Shown: one piece after another, positions 30,078-40,415 of the stretch
How the letters are laid out: each line of letters starts with the position of its first letter
How positions within the stretch are numbered: position 1 is the stretch's first letter
From: a virus
Taxonomy: Duplodnaviria > Heunggongvirae > Uroviricota > Caudoviricetes
Strand: one strand, 5' to 3'
Length of the DNA stretch: 64,000 bases
Virus record (IMG/VR): IMGVR_UViG_2537562189_000009
Notes under the pieces: generated by a model
What the model was told of the DNA's origin: nothing
Database searches by the model: none
The model's input: only the letters and a program-made list of their open reading frames with translations
Made by a program: the position numbers and the translations under genes

Positions 30078-30101
30078 ATAAAAAGCCCGCATGATGCGGG
30101 C
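30078..30101 (-). terminator. Intrinsic terminator downstream of capsid-proximal genes
   Basis: Minus strand gcccgcatcatgcgggc followed by ttttta. Confidence 0.5.
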
Positions 30102-30114
30102 CGGAAGGTTTTAA

Positions 30115-30504
30115 TCAGTATCCCACCACGGTATAACGCAGCAGAACATTCAGGGTGCCGGTTGCAGCGGCAGTCTTAATGGTGACAGTAACCAGCTCCC
30201 CGTCACGCTGTGTGGTGTACGGCTCCACTGGCACATATCTGGCAAATTTTGCAGAAACAGCTTCGCTGTTATCGATGAGAGCATGCTCACCGGACTTAAT
30301 GCTGACGGTTGCAGTACCCAGACCACCCGTTGAAACCAGCTGGAGTGAGTTGATACGGATGCCCACTGGCAGTGAGAGAAGATGAATAACACTGTCCGCT
30401 TCCGCAGCATTCACCGTAAATACGCCTTCTGCCACCGACTCATTACCGTGCGTACCCGTATAGACCCGTTCACTCAGTGACGGGGCAAGGATAGTCTTTG
30501 CCAT
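30115..30504 (-). CDS. Hypothetical capsid-associated (possible decoration) protein
   Basis: 129 aa directly downstream of major capsid gene and followed by terminator. Confidence 0.45.
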   Translation of the reverse strand: MAKTILAPSLSERVYTGTHGNESVAEGVFTVNAAEADSVIHLLSLPVGIRINSLQLVSTGGLGTATVSIKSGEHALIDNSEAVSAKFARYVPVEPYTTQRDGELVTVTIKTAAATGTLNVLLRYTVVGY

Positions 30505-30559
30505 AATTAATGACTCCTGAAAAAGCCGGGCGAAAACCCGGCATGGGGAAAGGAAAAAA

Positions 30560-31774
30560 TCAGAGCTTCACTGCTGTATCAACGGCAATCACGCCGTGAT
30601 CCTGCATCTTGCCGCTCTTCTCGGGGAAACGGATTTTTTTCAGACCGTTGATCCAGCTGATTGCTATCTCAGTACGGTTATCCATATCCGTTTTCTTCTC
30701 AACCATGTTGAAGTGACCGCCCGCCTTCTGACCGTAAGCATTTGCCAGCGCCTGAGCCCCCAGTAACATGGCGCGGTCAATATTGGTTGCAGCAGCGACC
30801 TCTTTCGTGGTTGCCGTCAGGTTATTCTCTGATACCAGAACCTTTGACCCCTGATAGAAACGGATCGGCATACCCGCATACTTACGAACCAAGATATTGC
30901 GCCACATCGCACATTCACCTTTGAACAGCGGATGATTAAAACCTTTTGCACGGTTCACGGCCCGAACCATCATCTGGTTCCAGTCCTTACCGGACGTCGA
31001 GGTGTACCAGTCATTCCACTGACGCGGCGTGACGTACAGGACGTAATATGGATCTTCTCCGTGAAGTTCATCACCGGACAGACGAACCGGCTGTAACGGA
31101 TGCGCCATTTCGTCAATGAACAGGGAGAGATTGTCCACCAGGCCAATAGAAAAAATATCTGCCGCTTCAATCTGCTCAAAGCTTGTCGCATCACCGCCAA
31201 AAAAGTGACGGTCATGTGTCGGAGGCAGTACATCGTTGATCATGATTTTTTTGAATTCAGGGTGCTCCGCTGTCGGCAGAATAGTGTCGTCAGCAACAAA
31301 ATCACCACGAGCTCCAGCAAGATGCACTATCGCACACTGGTCCTGCAGGTCATTAAAGTACGTCCCCAGAAGCGTTCTGGCAGAGGATGCCAGGTTAAAC
31401 TTCGTGCGCTGCTGACTCATACGTCCGCCTGCATCCACCAGGTGACGTCCCTGATTGATTTTCAGGGAGAAGTCAGCATGGCTGAGATCCTCACCACGAC
31501 CTTCAACACGCTCATCTCCCATCGTCGGACGTTTTGAGAGTTTGTGCATGATGCTGAAGGTCACTTCATCACCGGCCTGTTTGTTAAGGTCTGTGATACG
31601 GACAACCGGCGCACCTGCGCTGGTCTGCTTCGTGCTTTTCTTGTCCGGCGAAACCGCTTTTGGCGCTTCCTGCTGTTCAGTAAGGATATTAACCATCGAG
31701 CGGTTGCGGTTGGCAGCAGTAAAAAGCGCCACCTGATACAGCTTATTCGCCTGGGCTGATGTTACAGTCGTCAT
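30560..31774 (-). CDS. Major capsid protein
   Basis: 404 aa, follows scaffold gene in canonical terminase-portal-scaffold-capsid order. Confidence 0.7.
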   Translation of the reverse strand: MTTVTSAQANKLYQVALFTAANRNRSMVNILTEQQEAPKAVSPDKKSTKQTSAGAPVVRITDLNKQAGDEVTFSIMHKLSKRPTMGDERVEGRGEDLSHADFSLKINQGRHLVDAGGRMSQQRTKFNLASSARTLLGTYFNDLQDQCAIVHLAGARGDFVADDTILPTAEHPEFKKIMINDVLPPTHDRHFFGGDATSFEQIEAADIFSIGLVDNLSLFIDEMAHPLQPVRLSGDELHGEDPYYVLYVTPRQWNDWYTSTSGKDWNQMMVRAVNRAKGFNHPLFKGECAMWRNILVRKYAGMPIRFYQGSKVLVSENNLTATTKEVAAATNIDRAMLLGAQALANAYGQKAGGHFNMVEKKTDMDNRTEIAISWINGLKKIRFPEKSGKMQDHGVIAVDTAVKL

Positions 31775-31797
31775 TACTTCAGTACTCCTTCAGTAAG

Positions 31798-32805
31798 TTA
31801 CCCGAGCTTCTCCAGAAGTGCGTCTATTTCAGCATTCGTCATACCACGCATAATCGCCTCAGCCTCTGAATGAGAAGCACCAAGTAACCGTTCAAAATTA
31901 TCACCGATTCCGACGGAGGCCGTGGTGCCTAAATCTGACGGGGAAGCAGGTACTGCCTGCTCCTGTTCAGCGGTCTTCACTTTCTCTTCCGCCGTTTTCC
32001 GGATATCCGTTTTGTCTGCCTGGTTGTCAGCAGACGACTCACTGACTTCACCGAAAGCAACCTGCGTACGACGGGCCACTTCAGCGAAACGTTCAGTGAG
32101 CGTTTTGTCTTTCCATGCGGGGTCATTCTGGAGCTTCCCGTCGATGGATACAGCAACCGAGAAGCGATCCGGATCGGACTCCTGCCACGTTTTCAGCACC
32201 GGCACGGCATTCATCGCATCAAGAACCGGTGATAAATCCTCACCACCATTACCTTCTGCCTGCTGTGTTGATTGCTGAACACGGGACTGGAGATAGTTAT
32301 TTTTACGGATGAGCGAAGCCACCGCGTCACCAATTTCCGGATACATCTCCCTGATACGGGCAATCTGCTCATCAGAAATTTTTTCGTTTTCCGGTAACGG
32401 TGTGGGCTTCATACCGGCCTGGTGGATCTGAGACGTCAGTAGTTCCACCCTGCGTTTTTCTTCAGCTATCTGCCCACGAAGAAGTGCGGCTTCCTGTTCG
32501 GCCCGTTGCTTACCGGAACGTTCAGCCTCAAGGACTTCATAGGGAATGACGTGTTTACCGTCGCGGGTGAGCACCCCCTTCGCTTCCGGCTCCTTCACGT
32601 CCTGCGTCTGCTCCACACTGGCATCCGGCGTCGGTGCCACATTGTTATCGCCCGTCTGAGTCTGTGCTTCCTCATCCGCATGTTTTTCCGTGGTATCTTC
32701 CGTCACGACGTCCTGTGCGTGACTGTCAATATCCACATCCCCAAGTCCTTCCAGCATTTTTTCCAGTTGTTCCGGGGTTTCTTCACCCGTAAATTCAAAA
32801 TCCAT
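31798..32805 (-). CDS. Scaffolding protein
   Basis: Acidic, coiled-coil-rich 335 aa between portal and capsid. Confidence 0.6.
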   Translation of the reverse strand: MDFEFTGEETPEQLEKMLEGLGDVDIDSHAQDVVTEDTTEKHADEEAQTQTGDNNVAPTPDASVEQTQDVKEPEAKGVLTRDGKHVIPYEVLEAERSGKQRAEQEAALLRGQIAEEKRRVELLTSQIHQAGMKPTPLPENEKISDEQIARIREMYPEIGDAVASLIRKNNYLQSRVQQSTQQAEGNGGEDLSPVLDAMNAVPVLKTWQESDPDRFSVAVSIDGKLQNDPAWKDKTLTERFAEVARRTQVAFGEVSESSADNQADKTDIRKTAEEKVKTAEQEQAVPASPSDLGTTASVGIGDNFERLLGASHSEAEAIMRGMTNAEIDALLEKLG

Positions 32806-32962
32806 AAATAACTCCGCATGGTCTGTTTATCGGACAGATCCGAATGGTTGAGTAAATAAGGCTTATCGCTGCCCCCGCGAATAAGCGCACCGCTCCCGGA
32901 ACGCTTACCTCCGGAAACAAAAAACCCCGTACGATGACGGGGTTCAGTTGAAGCCAGAGTTT

Positions 32963-35107
32963 TCAGAGCGACATTTCATTCATCCGCTGTTGTAACGTAT
33001 ACAGCATCTGTTGCTGAAGAACGTCCTGCTCCTGTTCCATATTCTGTACGCCGGTAATGATTTCTGCCGTATGTGCCTGGTTAAGCGCATCCACATAACG
33101 CTGCCCCTGTGTCAGGGCGACTTCCCGCTGTGCACTGGCATTATCCCGTTGTGCAGCTGCATGTGCCCTGGCGGCGTCAGCTTCCAGTTTTGCCACTCTG
33201 CCAGCCATCTCGCGCATCTGGAGTTCTGCCTGTTGTTGCTGAAGTGCCTGTTGTTGTGCCGCTACTTCCTGTTCTTCCGGCGTCATTTCATCCGGTGATT
33301 TTGGCGTCCCCAGCGCAGCACGAATACGCTCAACAAACTCCTGTTTCTGCGGCACATCCAGAAGATTAACCCACAGGTCGAGCACAACAGCCTGCACCTG
33401 AGGCGGCAGCCCCTGAATAACCTCTGACATTCTCTGTGCAAGCTGTGCCTTAAACGCCGGTGTCTGCTGAACAGGCGCCAGCGCAATATGTGTATTTAAC
33501 CTTGAAATATCATTGGTCAGTTCACCATTATCACCTTCAGCATTGAGGACAATGGTCTGGCGACGCTGGCGATCATCGCGATTAATCACCACTGCATGAT
33601 TACGGCGTTTTTTCAGGTCATCGAGAAGATAAGCCAGCAACAGTCTTCCCACCTGCTGGCAGGCAAACTGGTAGTTATCGTTGATTTCCGCAAGGGTTGT
33701 GGCCCCCTGCTCCACCAGGTTACTGATAGCCACGCCTGACGTCGCACCTGAATCCTGCCCGAGAAATGCGGAATACACTCCCATGGTATCCTGGATAAGT
33801 TTTTCCGATTCCTGCATGACCTGAAACTGCTGGCTGGCAACCTGAAAATCCTGCTCAACCCGAAAAACATCTGCGACACTTTTCTGATTTTTTCGGGCCG
33901 GATTCAGTTTAATAATGCCATCCGGACGTTCGATCTGCTCCATCAGGTCGCTGTCTGACAACTGGGTGGCATCCTCGTCCATAATCACGCGTTTGGCCTG
34001 AAGCAGCCAGGTCAGCTTGATACGACGAAAATTCACCTCATCCTGTGCCGGAATGGCGCGGGAAATTAACCCGTATGGCTCCCCGGTTTTATCCTTTCGG
34101 TATCCCCAGAAAGGAACCAGCGGAAACATCCCCTGCGGTGCACTACAGGGGCGATCCACAATAAAGTGTGGGCCCACAAACCAGGCTTCACGAATACGAC
34201 TTACCCGCCCGACTTTCACCTGAACCCGCCCGGATGCCACAGCCACCGCCTGCATCAGATTATTTTTATCAAAAGCCACCACCCGTCCATTACTGAGTTC
34301 AATCACCGGAAGACGCTCGAATGTACGGTAATAAACCACCTGAAGCAGCACACGACGGCGTTCACGCTGAAGCCATTCATTCTCCCTGCGATCCCATGAC
34401 TGATACTCTTCCCATGCACTCATCAACGGACTGGGCTGGCCTTCAGTAATCGTGGTATCGACAAAACCACGCCAGTCATCAATAGCATAATCGATAACCT
34501 GAGCCATTCCCGGGAACGTGGCTTTTGCCTCATCGGTATCCATCCAGCGGCGACGCATCAGCCACCGGCAGTCACTCAGGTCGGATTCCCGGCTGAGCCA
34601 GTCCCAGAAAACCTCATTTCTGCTGACTGTGGATACCCTGAATTCAGGTCCGAACGGATCGCTGTTGCGCCTGACCTCCACCCAACTGAGCCCCGCCTTG
34701 ATTTGTTCCGCATAGGCATCGGAGCGGGCCTTATTCATGTTGCCAAGACGGCACGCATCAGCAAACTCCGCATTAATGGCCTCTGCCAGTTTCTCTGTTT
34801 CATCGTTCGGATCGTCTGACATCACTATCAGGTCCGTTCTTGTTTTTGCCTCCATTCCCAGTACACCATCTACCGTGGGGGCAATGAGGTTATGGATGGT
34901 CATGGGCTGACCGCGATCTTTCAGTACCTGGATAACTTCCGGTGCCAGCTGGTCGCCATCATAATACGCACAGGCCTTGTTTGCTGCATCACGCCAGAGA
35001 GGCTGACTGTCAATATCAGAACAGAGAGACAGTAACTGACGCTGAGAAAAACGCGGCGTGGATCCATGATCGTTTTTCATCACTGTGGTGTTAATTTCAT
35101 TTTTCAT
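32963..35107 (-). CDS. Portal protein
   Basis: 714 aa immediately downstream of large terminase; long Q-rich C-terminal helix as in P22-type portals. Confidence 0.75.
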   Translation of the reverse strand: MKNEINTTVMKNDHGSTPRFSQRQLLSLCSDIDSQPLWRDAANKACAYYDGDQLAPEVIQVLKDRGQPMTIHNLIAPTVDGVLGMEAKTRTDLIVMSDDPNDETEKLAEAINAEFADACRLGNMNKARSDAYAEQIKAGLSWVEVRRNSDPFGPEFRVSTVSRNEVFWDWLSRESDLSDCRWLMRRRWMDTDEAKATFPGMAQVIDYAIDDWRGFVDTTITEGQPSPLMSAWEEYQSWDRRENEWLQRERRRVLLQVVYYRTFERLPVIELSNGRVVAFDKNNLMQAVAVASGRVQVKVGRVSRIREAWFVGPHFIVDRPCSAPQGMFPLVPFWGYRKDKTGEPYGLISRAIPAQDEVNFRRIKLTWLLQAKRVIMDEDATQLSDSDLMEQIERPDGIIKLNPARKNQKSVADVFRVEQDFQVASQQFQVMQESEKLIQDTMGVYSAFLGQDSGATSGVAISNLVEQGATTLAEINDNYQFACQQVGRLLLAYLLDDLKKRRNHAVVINRDDRQRRQTIVLNAEGDNGELTNDISRLNTHIALAPVQQTPAFKAQLAQRMSEVIQGLPPQVQAVVLDLWVNLLDVPQKQEFVERIRAALGTPKSPDEMTPEEQEVAAQQQALQQQQAELQMREMAGRVAKLEADAARAHAAAQRDNASAQREVALTQGQRYVDALNQAHTAEIITGVQNMEQEQDVLQQQMLYTLQQRMNEMSL

Positions 35108-36813
35108 CAGTGTGCCATCCAGTGTGTGGTTCTGCGTTTATCCGTTTTCTGTTTTACCCTCACCGGCATTCTGGCGCGCATCTCCTGGGCAATCATGTAG
35201 CTCATGAGCTGATCATCAAAGCAGCCTTCCTGTGCATTCATGGAGCCTTTCGCGTCATAAACGTAGGTGTTCATTTCCGATAATGTGCCTGACCAGCGGA
35301 TACCTGATATTCCATTATTCAGGAGCGTTTTCATTCCTTCGGTCAGAACAGGTTTGCTCTGACGGGTTGTCAGCCAGCCAAGGCGGGGCGTATCGTCGTC
35401 ATATGCCTGGTCAAGATGCTGTTCGTTGTAGATATAACGTGTCGGATAGAGTTCCCGGAGTTTCAGGATAACTGCATGTCCGTGATTATTACGCTCCGGC
35501 CCCACAAACGCGTTGTTATACATACGACAGACCTGCGAAATGAGATGAGCAAAAAGTTCAGCATCGAGATGCCCGAACCAGTGAGCCACCTGCTCGCCAT
35601 TACTGCGTTTGACAACATCCAGCGATGAGCGGTCTCCGTGCTCCAGCCCTTCGGCAGTATCTGCCCCACAAACATACTCTTCATCCGGATCCGGCAGTTC
35701 CCATACCAGCAGATAATTCATCAGCGTCCGCTGCAACTCGTTTTTATTTCCTTCACGCAGAGACTGAGCTTTAGTCTTCGCTCCTGTAACAGGTTCAATG
35801 TCATAAACAATCATCGGTGGCGAACAGAATGATTCTGCCTGCAATGTACTTTCGGCACTGAACACACGTCGTCCGGACGTCAGAAACGCCTCCTGTGGCG
35901 TTGAGGGAAACTCCTGCTTCATTTCCTTACGCTGTTCAGTTTCCTTACTGATGTACCACTGCTTCTGCTCATCGGTAAGCGTGATGTTCATTGCCTTCTC
36001 AACCGCAGAAAAATACGTCATTTTTTCCCGTGACAGCTTCAGCCCGCTTTCAGGCACTCTGGCGCTGTATTTAGGATCCTGCCACCATGCGTAAAAATGG
36101 AATTTATAATCCTGTGCCGTCAGCAATAAGCCTGATGCAGTGCTCTCCTGTGCACGGTTACTCATCTCGTAAAAATCACCACCCACGCCTTCAGCCGTGG
36201 ATTCATCAAAAATAATGCATTCATCAGAGACGGCATTAAGCGTACCGGTTCGCAGCTCTTTCGCCTTAGCCGGATATTTCGCGCAAATTTTGCCGTGCTC
36301 TGAGATATGCAGGCGCTGCACCGTACCTGAGCGAAATGAGGTTGCCACCTGAATACTCGAGCCGTGACCAAACAGGATATAGCCACCGCTGGCACCGCTA
36401 CGACGTTCAACGATGGTGAATGAGGCTCTCAGCCAGTCAGGGAGATGATCAAACGGTACAGCAATTTTTGTGCGGAAAATTTCACTGGCAGCCTGTTTAT
36501 CCTGAGCGACGATCCCGCATTTGAGATGCGGAATGAATAATGCCTGGTCGAGAAGATAAATATCAATGGCTGTGGAAAATCCCAGCTGGCGCGCTTTCAG
36601 GATAATGTTTTTATTATGCATGTTACGAAACAACTGACGTTGCGCCGGTCGCATTCTGAAGGTGACCAGTTCACCTTTTTCGTTCTGTATTTTGTAGAGA
36701 TGATTGAGGCGCCACCAGGGATTGCTCAGTTTTGTCATAATGAACAGACGTTGTTCGGTCTCAGTCATTTCTGCAGGTTCATCACATCGCGTTTTATTCT
36801 TCCGGAATGTCAT
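35107..36813 (-). CDS. Terminase large subunit
   Basis: 568 aa; Walker-A-like KARQLGFSTA; position upstream of portal. Confidence 0.8.
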   Translation of the reverse strand: MTFRKNKTRCDEPAEMTETEQRLFIMTKLSNPWWRLNHLYKIQNEKGELVTFRMRPAQRQLFRNMHNKNIILKARQLGFSTAIDIYLLDQALFIPHLKCGIVAQDKQAASEIFRTKIAVPFDHLPDWLRASFTIVERRSGASGGYILFGHGSSIQVATSFRSGTVQRLHISEHGKICAKYPAKAKELRTGTLNAVSDECIIFDESTAEGVGGDFYEMSNRAQESTASGLLLTAQDYKFHFYAWWQDPKYSARVPESGLKLSREKMTYFSAVEKAMNITLTDEQKQWYISKETEQRKEMKQEFPSTPQEAFLTSGRRVFSAESTLQAESFCSPPMIVYDIEPVTGAKTKAQSLREGNKNELQRTLMNYLLVWELPDPDEEYVCGADTAEGLEHGDRSSLDVVKRSNGEQVAHWFGHLDAELFAHLISQVCRMYNNAFVGPERNNHGHAVILKLRELYPTRYIYNEQHLDQAYDDDTPRLGWLTTRQSKPVLTEGMKTLLNNGISGIRWSGTLSEMNTYVYDAKGSMNAQEGCFDDQLMSYMIAQEMRARMPVRVKQKTDKRRTTHWMAH

Positions 36814-37600
36814 CCAGTCTCCCCGAATTACTCATTTCATGCAGCGATGACACGATGTCACTGACTGGCGTAATAACACCCCGGCGCTGGCTGGTCAGAA
36901 TATCGGTTTCCGCTCTGAGTTTATCTCTGGCGGCGTTGATTCTTTCCCGGTCAGCACGAAGTTTTGGTGCTGTCTCAGCCAGGACGTCCAGCGTCAGCAA
37001 TGAGCGTTCAATTGACTCGATACGGGCAATATTCCGGTCAAGGGCCTGTTCAGCTTTGAGTATTTTGTCGTAAAGAGCAACGCGGGTTTCCACGTCAGTT
37101 GCCTCTTCCAGGTCGGCGAACATCCCTTTAAGTGCCTTAGTTACTGAAAGTGCGCGGGCCCGGGTGAACACCAGTTCATCGAACAGCACCATGTCGGACG
37201 CATCATCCATGAGGTTATCTGCCTCAAGATACTTCGCATATCCACGGTGTCTTACGGCGTGGGTGTTTCGCTGAGAAAAAGCGTTTGAAGGAGGTAAAAG
37301 TCGGGAACCACGAATCCGTTTCGTTTCTGCCGAATTTGCGCAGTTTTTTTCAGAGTTTTTTGCGCATTTTTCATCGTCGGAACACGCGTCATTGCTGGGT
37401 TCTTCATCTGAGATGTCATGATCGATTTCATGATCGGTTTTATGATCAATTTCATGATCGATTTTGCCCATTTTTATACGGGTTCTGGCGGTGTTGTAAT
37501 TAATCTTTTTCTTCCGGCACCAGTCCAGTAATGTTATTCCCGTTTCGGCATGTTCGCGTCGGAATGCCTGCTCCAGCTTTTTCCAGTCCAGCTTTGCCAT
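36794..37600 (-). CDS. Putative terminase small subunit
   Basis: 268 aa with N-terminal HTH-like region, overlaps large terminase start. Confidence 0.5.
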   Translation of the reverse strand: MAKLDWKKLEQAFRREHAETGITLLDWCRKKKINYNTARTRIKMGKIDHEIDHKTDHEIDHDISDEEPSNDACSDDEKCAKNSEKNCANSAETKRIRGSRLLPPSNAFSQRNTHAVRHRGYAKYLEADNLMDDASDMVLFDELVFTRARALSVTKALKGMFADLEEATDVETRVALYDKILKAEQALDRNIARIESIERSLLTLDVLAETAPKLRADRERINAARDKLRAETDILTSQRRGVITPVSDIVSSLHEMSNSGRLDDIPEE

Positions 37601-37899
37601 GTCACTTTCTGACGTCCTCTGTTAAAAACTGACGCATAATGACCGCTGTGATTTTTCAGAATTCACACAGCAGCGCCATACTTGATCGATATTTGTACAA
37701 TGAGGTTGTTTTATCCGGTTTCTTCCACCACCGCACCGGACAGGCGGCTTCGCGGGAAATCGCTCCCATCTCGTGAAAAATGAGAAAACCCGGTGTGCAT
37801 CGTTTTTGATTACCCCCGCACACTCACGCAGATAAGGTGGCTGCGGTCTCTGTTTATGCGGGAATACGGCGACGATACGGCGCATCAGCAAAACTTAGT

Positions 37900-38403
37900 T
37901 CAGCACTGAGTGCGGATATAGTCCTGTGCCCCTTCCAGCTGCTTCTGCATCAGCATCAACCGCTCTCTGAGAGTGAAATAATCCCGTTCAACTGTGTCTG
38001 CCAGTCGGGGGGCGGTTGCATTATCCACGCCGGAGGTGGTGGGGGCTTCACGCACGGTACCGGAGCAGGTGGCGTTGATCCGCAGGCGCTTACGACCAGC
38101 GGCAACATCAGCGCGCAGAGTTTCATTTTCAGCTCTCGCATCGGCTAATTCCCTTGAGTATCTGGCATCAAGCGCAGCAACATCACGCTGGCGCTGCTGC
38201 ATGTCAGTAATGGTTGCGTTTGCTAGCTCCAGCTCTCTGGCTTTTTTATCGCGCTGCGCTTTGTAGGTGATGGCGTTATCGCGGTAATGATTCAGCCCTA
38301 GACTAAGCGCACCACAGGCCACCAGCAGTACAATAATCACCACATACAGAATACGGTTCATATCACCACCAGCGAATTGCCCGGACCAGTACAGCAATTT
38401 CAT
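37900..38403 (-). CDS. Rz-type i-spanin
   Basis: N-terminal TM helix (likely start ATG 38361), coiled-coil periplasmic domain; Rz1 embedded in +1 frame. Confidence 0.8.
   Translation of the reverse strand: MKLLYWSGQFAGGDMNRILYVVIIVLLVACGALSLGLNHYRDNAITYKAQRDKKARELELANATITDMQQRQRDVAALDARYSRELADARAENETLRADVAAGRKRLRINATCSGTVREAPTTSGVDNATAPRLADTVERDYFTLRERLMLMQKQLEGAQDYIRTQC
37956..38141 (-). CDS. Rz1-type o-spanin lipoprotein (embedded in Rz)
   Basis: Lipobox LVVSAC; Pro-rich; near-identical to lambda Rz1 as recalled. Confidence 0.8.
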   Translation of the reverse strand: MRELKMKLCALMLPLVVSACGSTPPAPVPCVKPPPPPAWIMQPPPDWQTQLNGIISLSESG

Positions 38404-38543
38404 TACTCATCTGTTTAAATAAAGTTCACGATTTCAGCGCAATGACCAGTTTTGCCAGCCCATACAGTATCGGAGACACAGCGATACCAACCGCCACCCA
38501 CTTAATAGCAAAGCCAGCGCTCTGCTGATGTCATCAGTCACTG

Positions 38544-38675
38544 TTACCCCAGCATCCCCGACGAAGACAACATCATCCAGGGCAGGAAAAGAAAAATAGC
38601 AACCAGCATTAGTGAAAATGAAATGCCGACGATTACACAGAGGATCTTCGCCAGCGTTATGAGTTTGTCTGACAT
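38544..38675 (-). CDS. Candidate small hydrophobic peptide (43 aa)
   Basis: RBS aagggg; MSDKLITLAKILCVIVGISFSLMLVAIFLFLPWMMLSSSGMLG; competes with overlapping track ORF 38434..38697. Confidence 0.3.
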   Translation of the reverse strand: MSDKLITLAKILCVIVGISFSLMLVAIFLFLPWMMLSSSGMLG

Positions 38676-38838
38676 AGCTACCCCTTAATTGCCACAATTA
38701 ACTGGGATACCCCCCATAAAAAAGGGATGCTCCAGACCAGCAAAAACTTCCAGTTTGGTAATTGACTAATCATGAGTCGCAACTCCCTAATCAGTTTGCT
38801 AAAATCAATCAAGGCAGCCACCCATAGCTTACTGCCAT

Positions 38839-38883
38839 AAACACAAAACCCCGCTTGCTGCCAAAAACGGGGTTTTTACTTTT
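38839..38883. terminator. Bidirectional intrinsic terminator between endolysin and Rz
   Basis: aaccccg-cttgctgccaaaaa-cggggtt flanked by T-run on one side and A-run on the other. Confidence 0.55.
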
Positions 38884-38965
38884 ATTCACTTAGGTTTTGC
38901 CAGTTCGCAGGATTTCGTGTTATCCGTCCGCGTTGACCAACGTTATTTTTCAGCAAAATATTCTG

Positions 38966-39499
38966 CTACCTGTCGATACCCCAACATGCCAGCGCACTCT
39001 CCTGGTCGCGACGGGATACCTGACCGTAGCAATTATTTGAGCGGATACGGCAGTCTCTGCCACCGTCCTTAATCCACCAGCGAATCGCTTCACACGCTCC
39101 CCTGCGATCGCCTGCATTAATTCGTTTATAAAACGTCGACGGGAAACACTTACCGGGGCCAATGTTGTAAGGACAGAATGACGCGATCCCCGCTTTCTGA
39201 GGTTCGGTCAGTGGCACTCTGATGTTTTTCGCCACCCATGCCAGCACCTTATCACGTTCAATGGCGTTAACCTGGTCGCATTTTTCCTTCGACAACTTCA
39301 TGCCAGGGACGACAGGCTTACCATCCACCTGGGTGGCACCACGGCAGATGGTCCAGATACCCGCACCATCACGGTATGCCGTGGTGTGGTTACCTTCTTT
39401 TTCGTCAAGAAACTGGTCGAGGATTTCAGGCGCAGAAGCACCTGCAGCAATCAGCGCCAAAACGACCGCTGATAAACCATAGCGGAATTTCCTGCTCAT
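38966..39499 (-). CDS. SAR-type endolysin (lysozyme)
   Basis: N-terminal signal-anchor, EGxxxxAYxDxxGxWTIC motif of phage lysozymes; follows holin. Confidence 0.8.
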   Translation of the reverse strand: MSRKFRYGLSAVVLALIAAGASAPEILDQFLDEKEGNHTTAYRDGAGIWTICRGATQVDGKPVVPGMKLSKEKCDQVNAIERDKVLAWVAKNIRVPLTEPQKAGIASFCPYNIGPGKCFPSTFYKRINAGDRRGACEAIRWWIKDGGRDCRIRSNNCYGQVSRRDQESALACWGIDR

Positions 39500-39503
39500 C
39501 AGC

Positions 39504-39719
39504 TTACTCTCCCCGCGCCGCCTTACGCCGGTCCTCTCTGATTTTGAAATACAGGTTCGTCAGATATGTCAGCAGCCCAAACAGCAGACTCCCCAGCACG
39601 CCTATTGCCGCCCACTGAGACGGGGAAACCCTGTCCAGCAACTGCAGGAACCAGTAGCCCGTTCCCACCGCTGACGTGGTGTATGACACACCTGTTGTGA
39701 TTTTTTCCATCTGGTACAT
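39504..39719 (-). CDS. Phage-21-type pinholin with dual start (71/68 aa)
   Basis: [10 protein letters not shown]...[25 protein letters not shown]...[15 protein letters not shown] matches S21 as recalled. Confidence 0.85.
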   Translation of the reverse strand: MYQMEKITTGVSYTTSAVGTGYWFLQLLDRVSPSQWAAIGVLGSLLFGLLTYLTNLYFKIREDRRKAARGE

Positions 39720-39795
39720 ACCCCGTCTCCCGCAATCCGGAAGCTCACAACATGAAAAAGGCCAGCAGCTGTTTACTGATGGCCCTGACTCCCCG

Positions 39796-40068
39796 TTACA
39801 GCATCATGACCGATTCGGGTTGAGGTTCAGTCGCATCGGCGACCGGTGATTCAGGCTGAACTTCACCGCTCTCTGCGGTGGTATCTCCCGCTTCAGTCGG
39901 TGGCTCTGCCTGTACACCAAGCAGCTCATCCAGAATGGCATCAACTTCTGCATCAAGACGCGCCTCAAGATTCTGGCGAAGTTTCTGTTTCAGTGCGCTC
40001 CGGACTTCTTCAGAGCGCAGGACTTCCTTCACTGCCTCTGCAGTGACCAGGGATGTGATTTCTGACAT
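39796..40068 (-). CDS. Hypothetical acidic protein
   Basis: Track ORF 39796..40230; probable start ATG 40068 (MSEITSL). Confidence 0.35.
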   Translation of the reverse strand: MSEITSLVTAEAVKEVLRSEEVRSALKQKLRQNLEARLDAEVDAILDELLGVQAEPPTEAGDTTAESGEVQPESPVADATEPQPESVMML

Positions 40069-40093
40069 GGGATTTTCTCGCTGAAAGGGGTTG

Positions 40094-40276
40094 TTAAGGA
40101 GTAACGGGCTCTTCGGGTTTGCTTCCGGCTGACTGACTGGCGCTGATTTTCTCAGCGGCCCTTTTATCAATCTGCCTGCACCAGAAATCGCGCACAGCCC
40201 TGTACCCACCCGAAAGAAGATACAGCACACAGACCGCCGTACAGAAGTACAGCATCACCTGATGAATAAATATCAT
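40094..40276 (-). CDS. Small membrane protein (60 aa)
   Basis: One TM helix; position upstream of holin. Confidence 0.35.
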   Translation of the reverse strand: MIFIHQVMLYFCTAVCVLYLLSGGYRAVRDFWCRQIDKRAAEKISASQSAGSKPEEPVTP

Positions 40277-40415
40277 AATTTCTTACCGTTATGGTTGACA
40301 ATGAGAACTGTTTTCATTTAAAAAACCAATGTACGAAAGCATCTTTTCTTTACATTCTCCATTGGGATTACCTCCGCCAGCTTCCATTCCTGCCGCTGGC
40401 GGCTTTTTTTAGCAA

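Noticed and set aside
37622-37891. 89-aa Arg/Cys-rich ORF between Rz and terminase small subunit
   Set aside because: Unusual composition and no RBS; the interval more likely holds packaging or promoter sequences.
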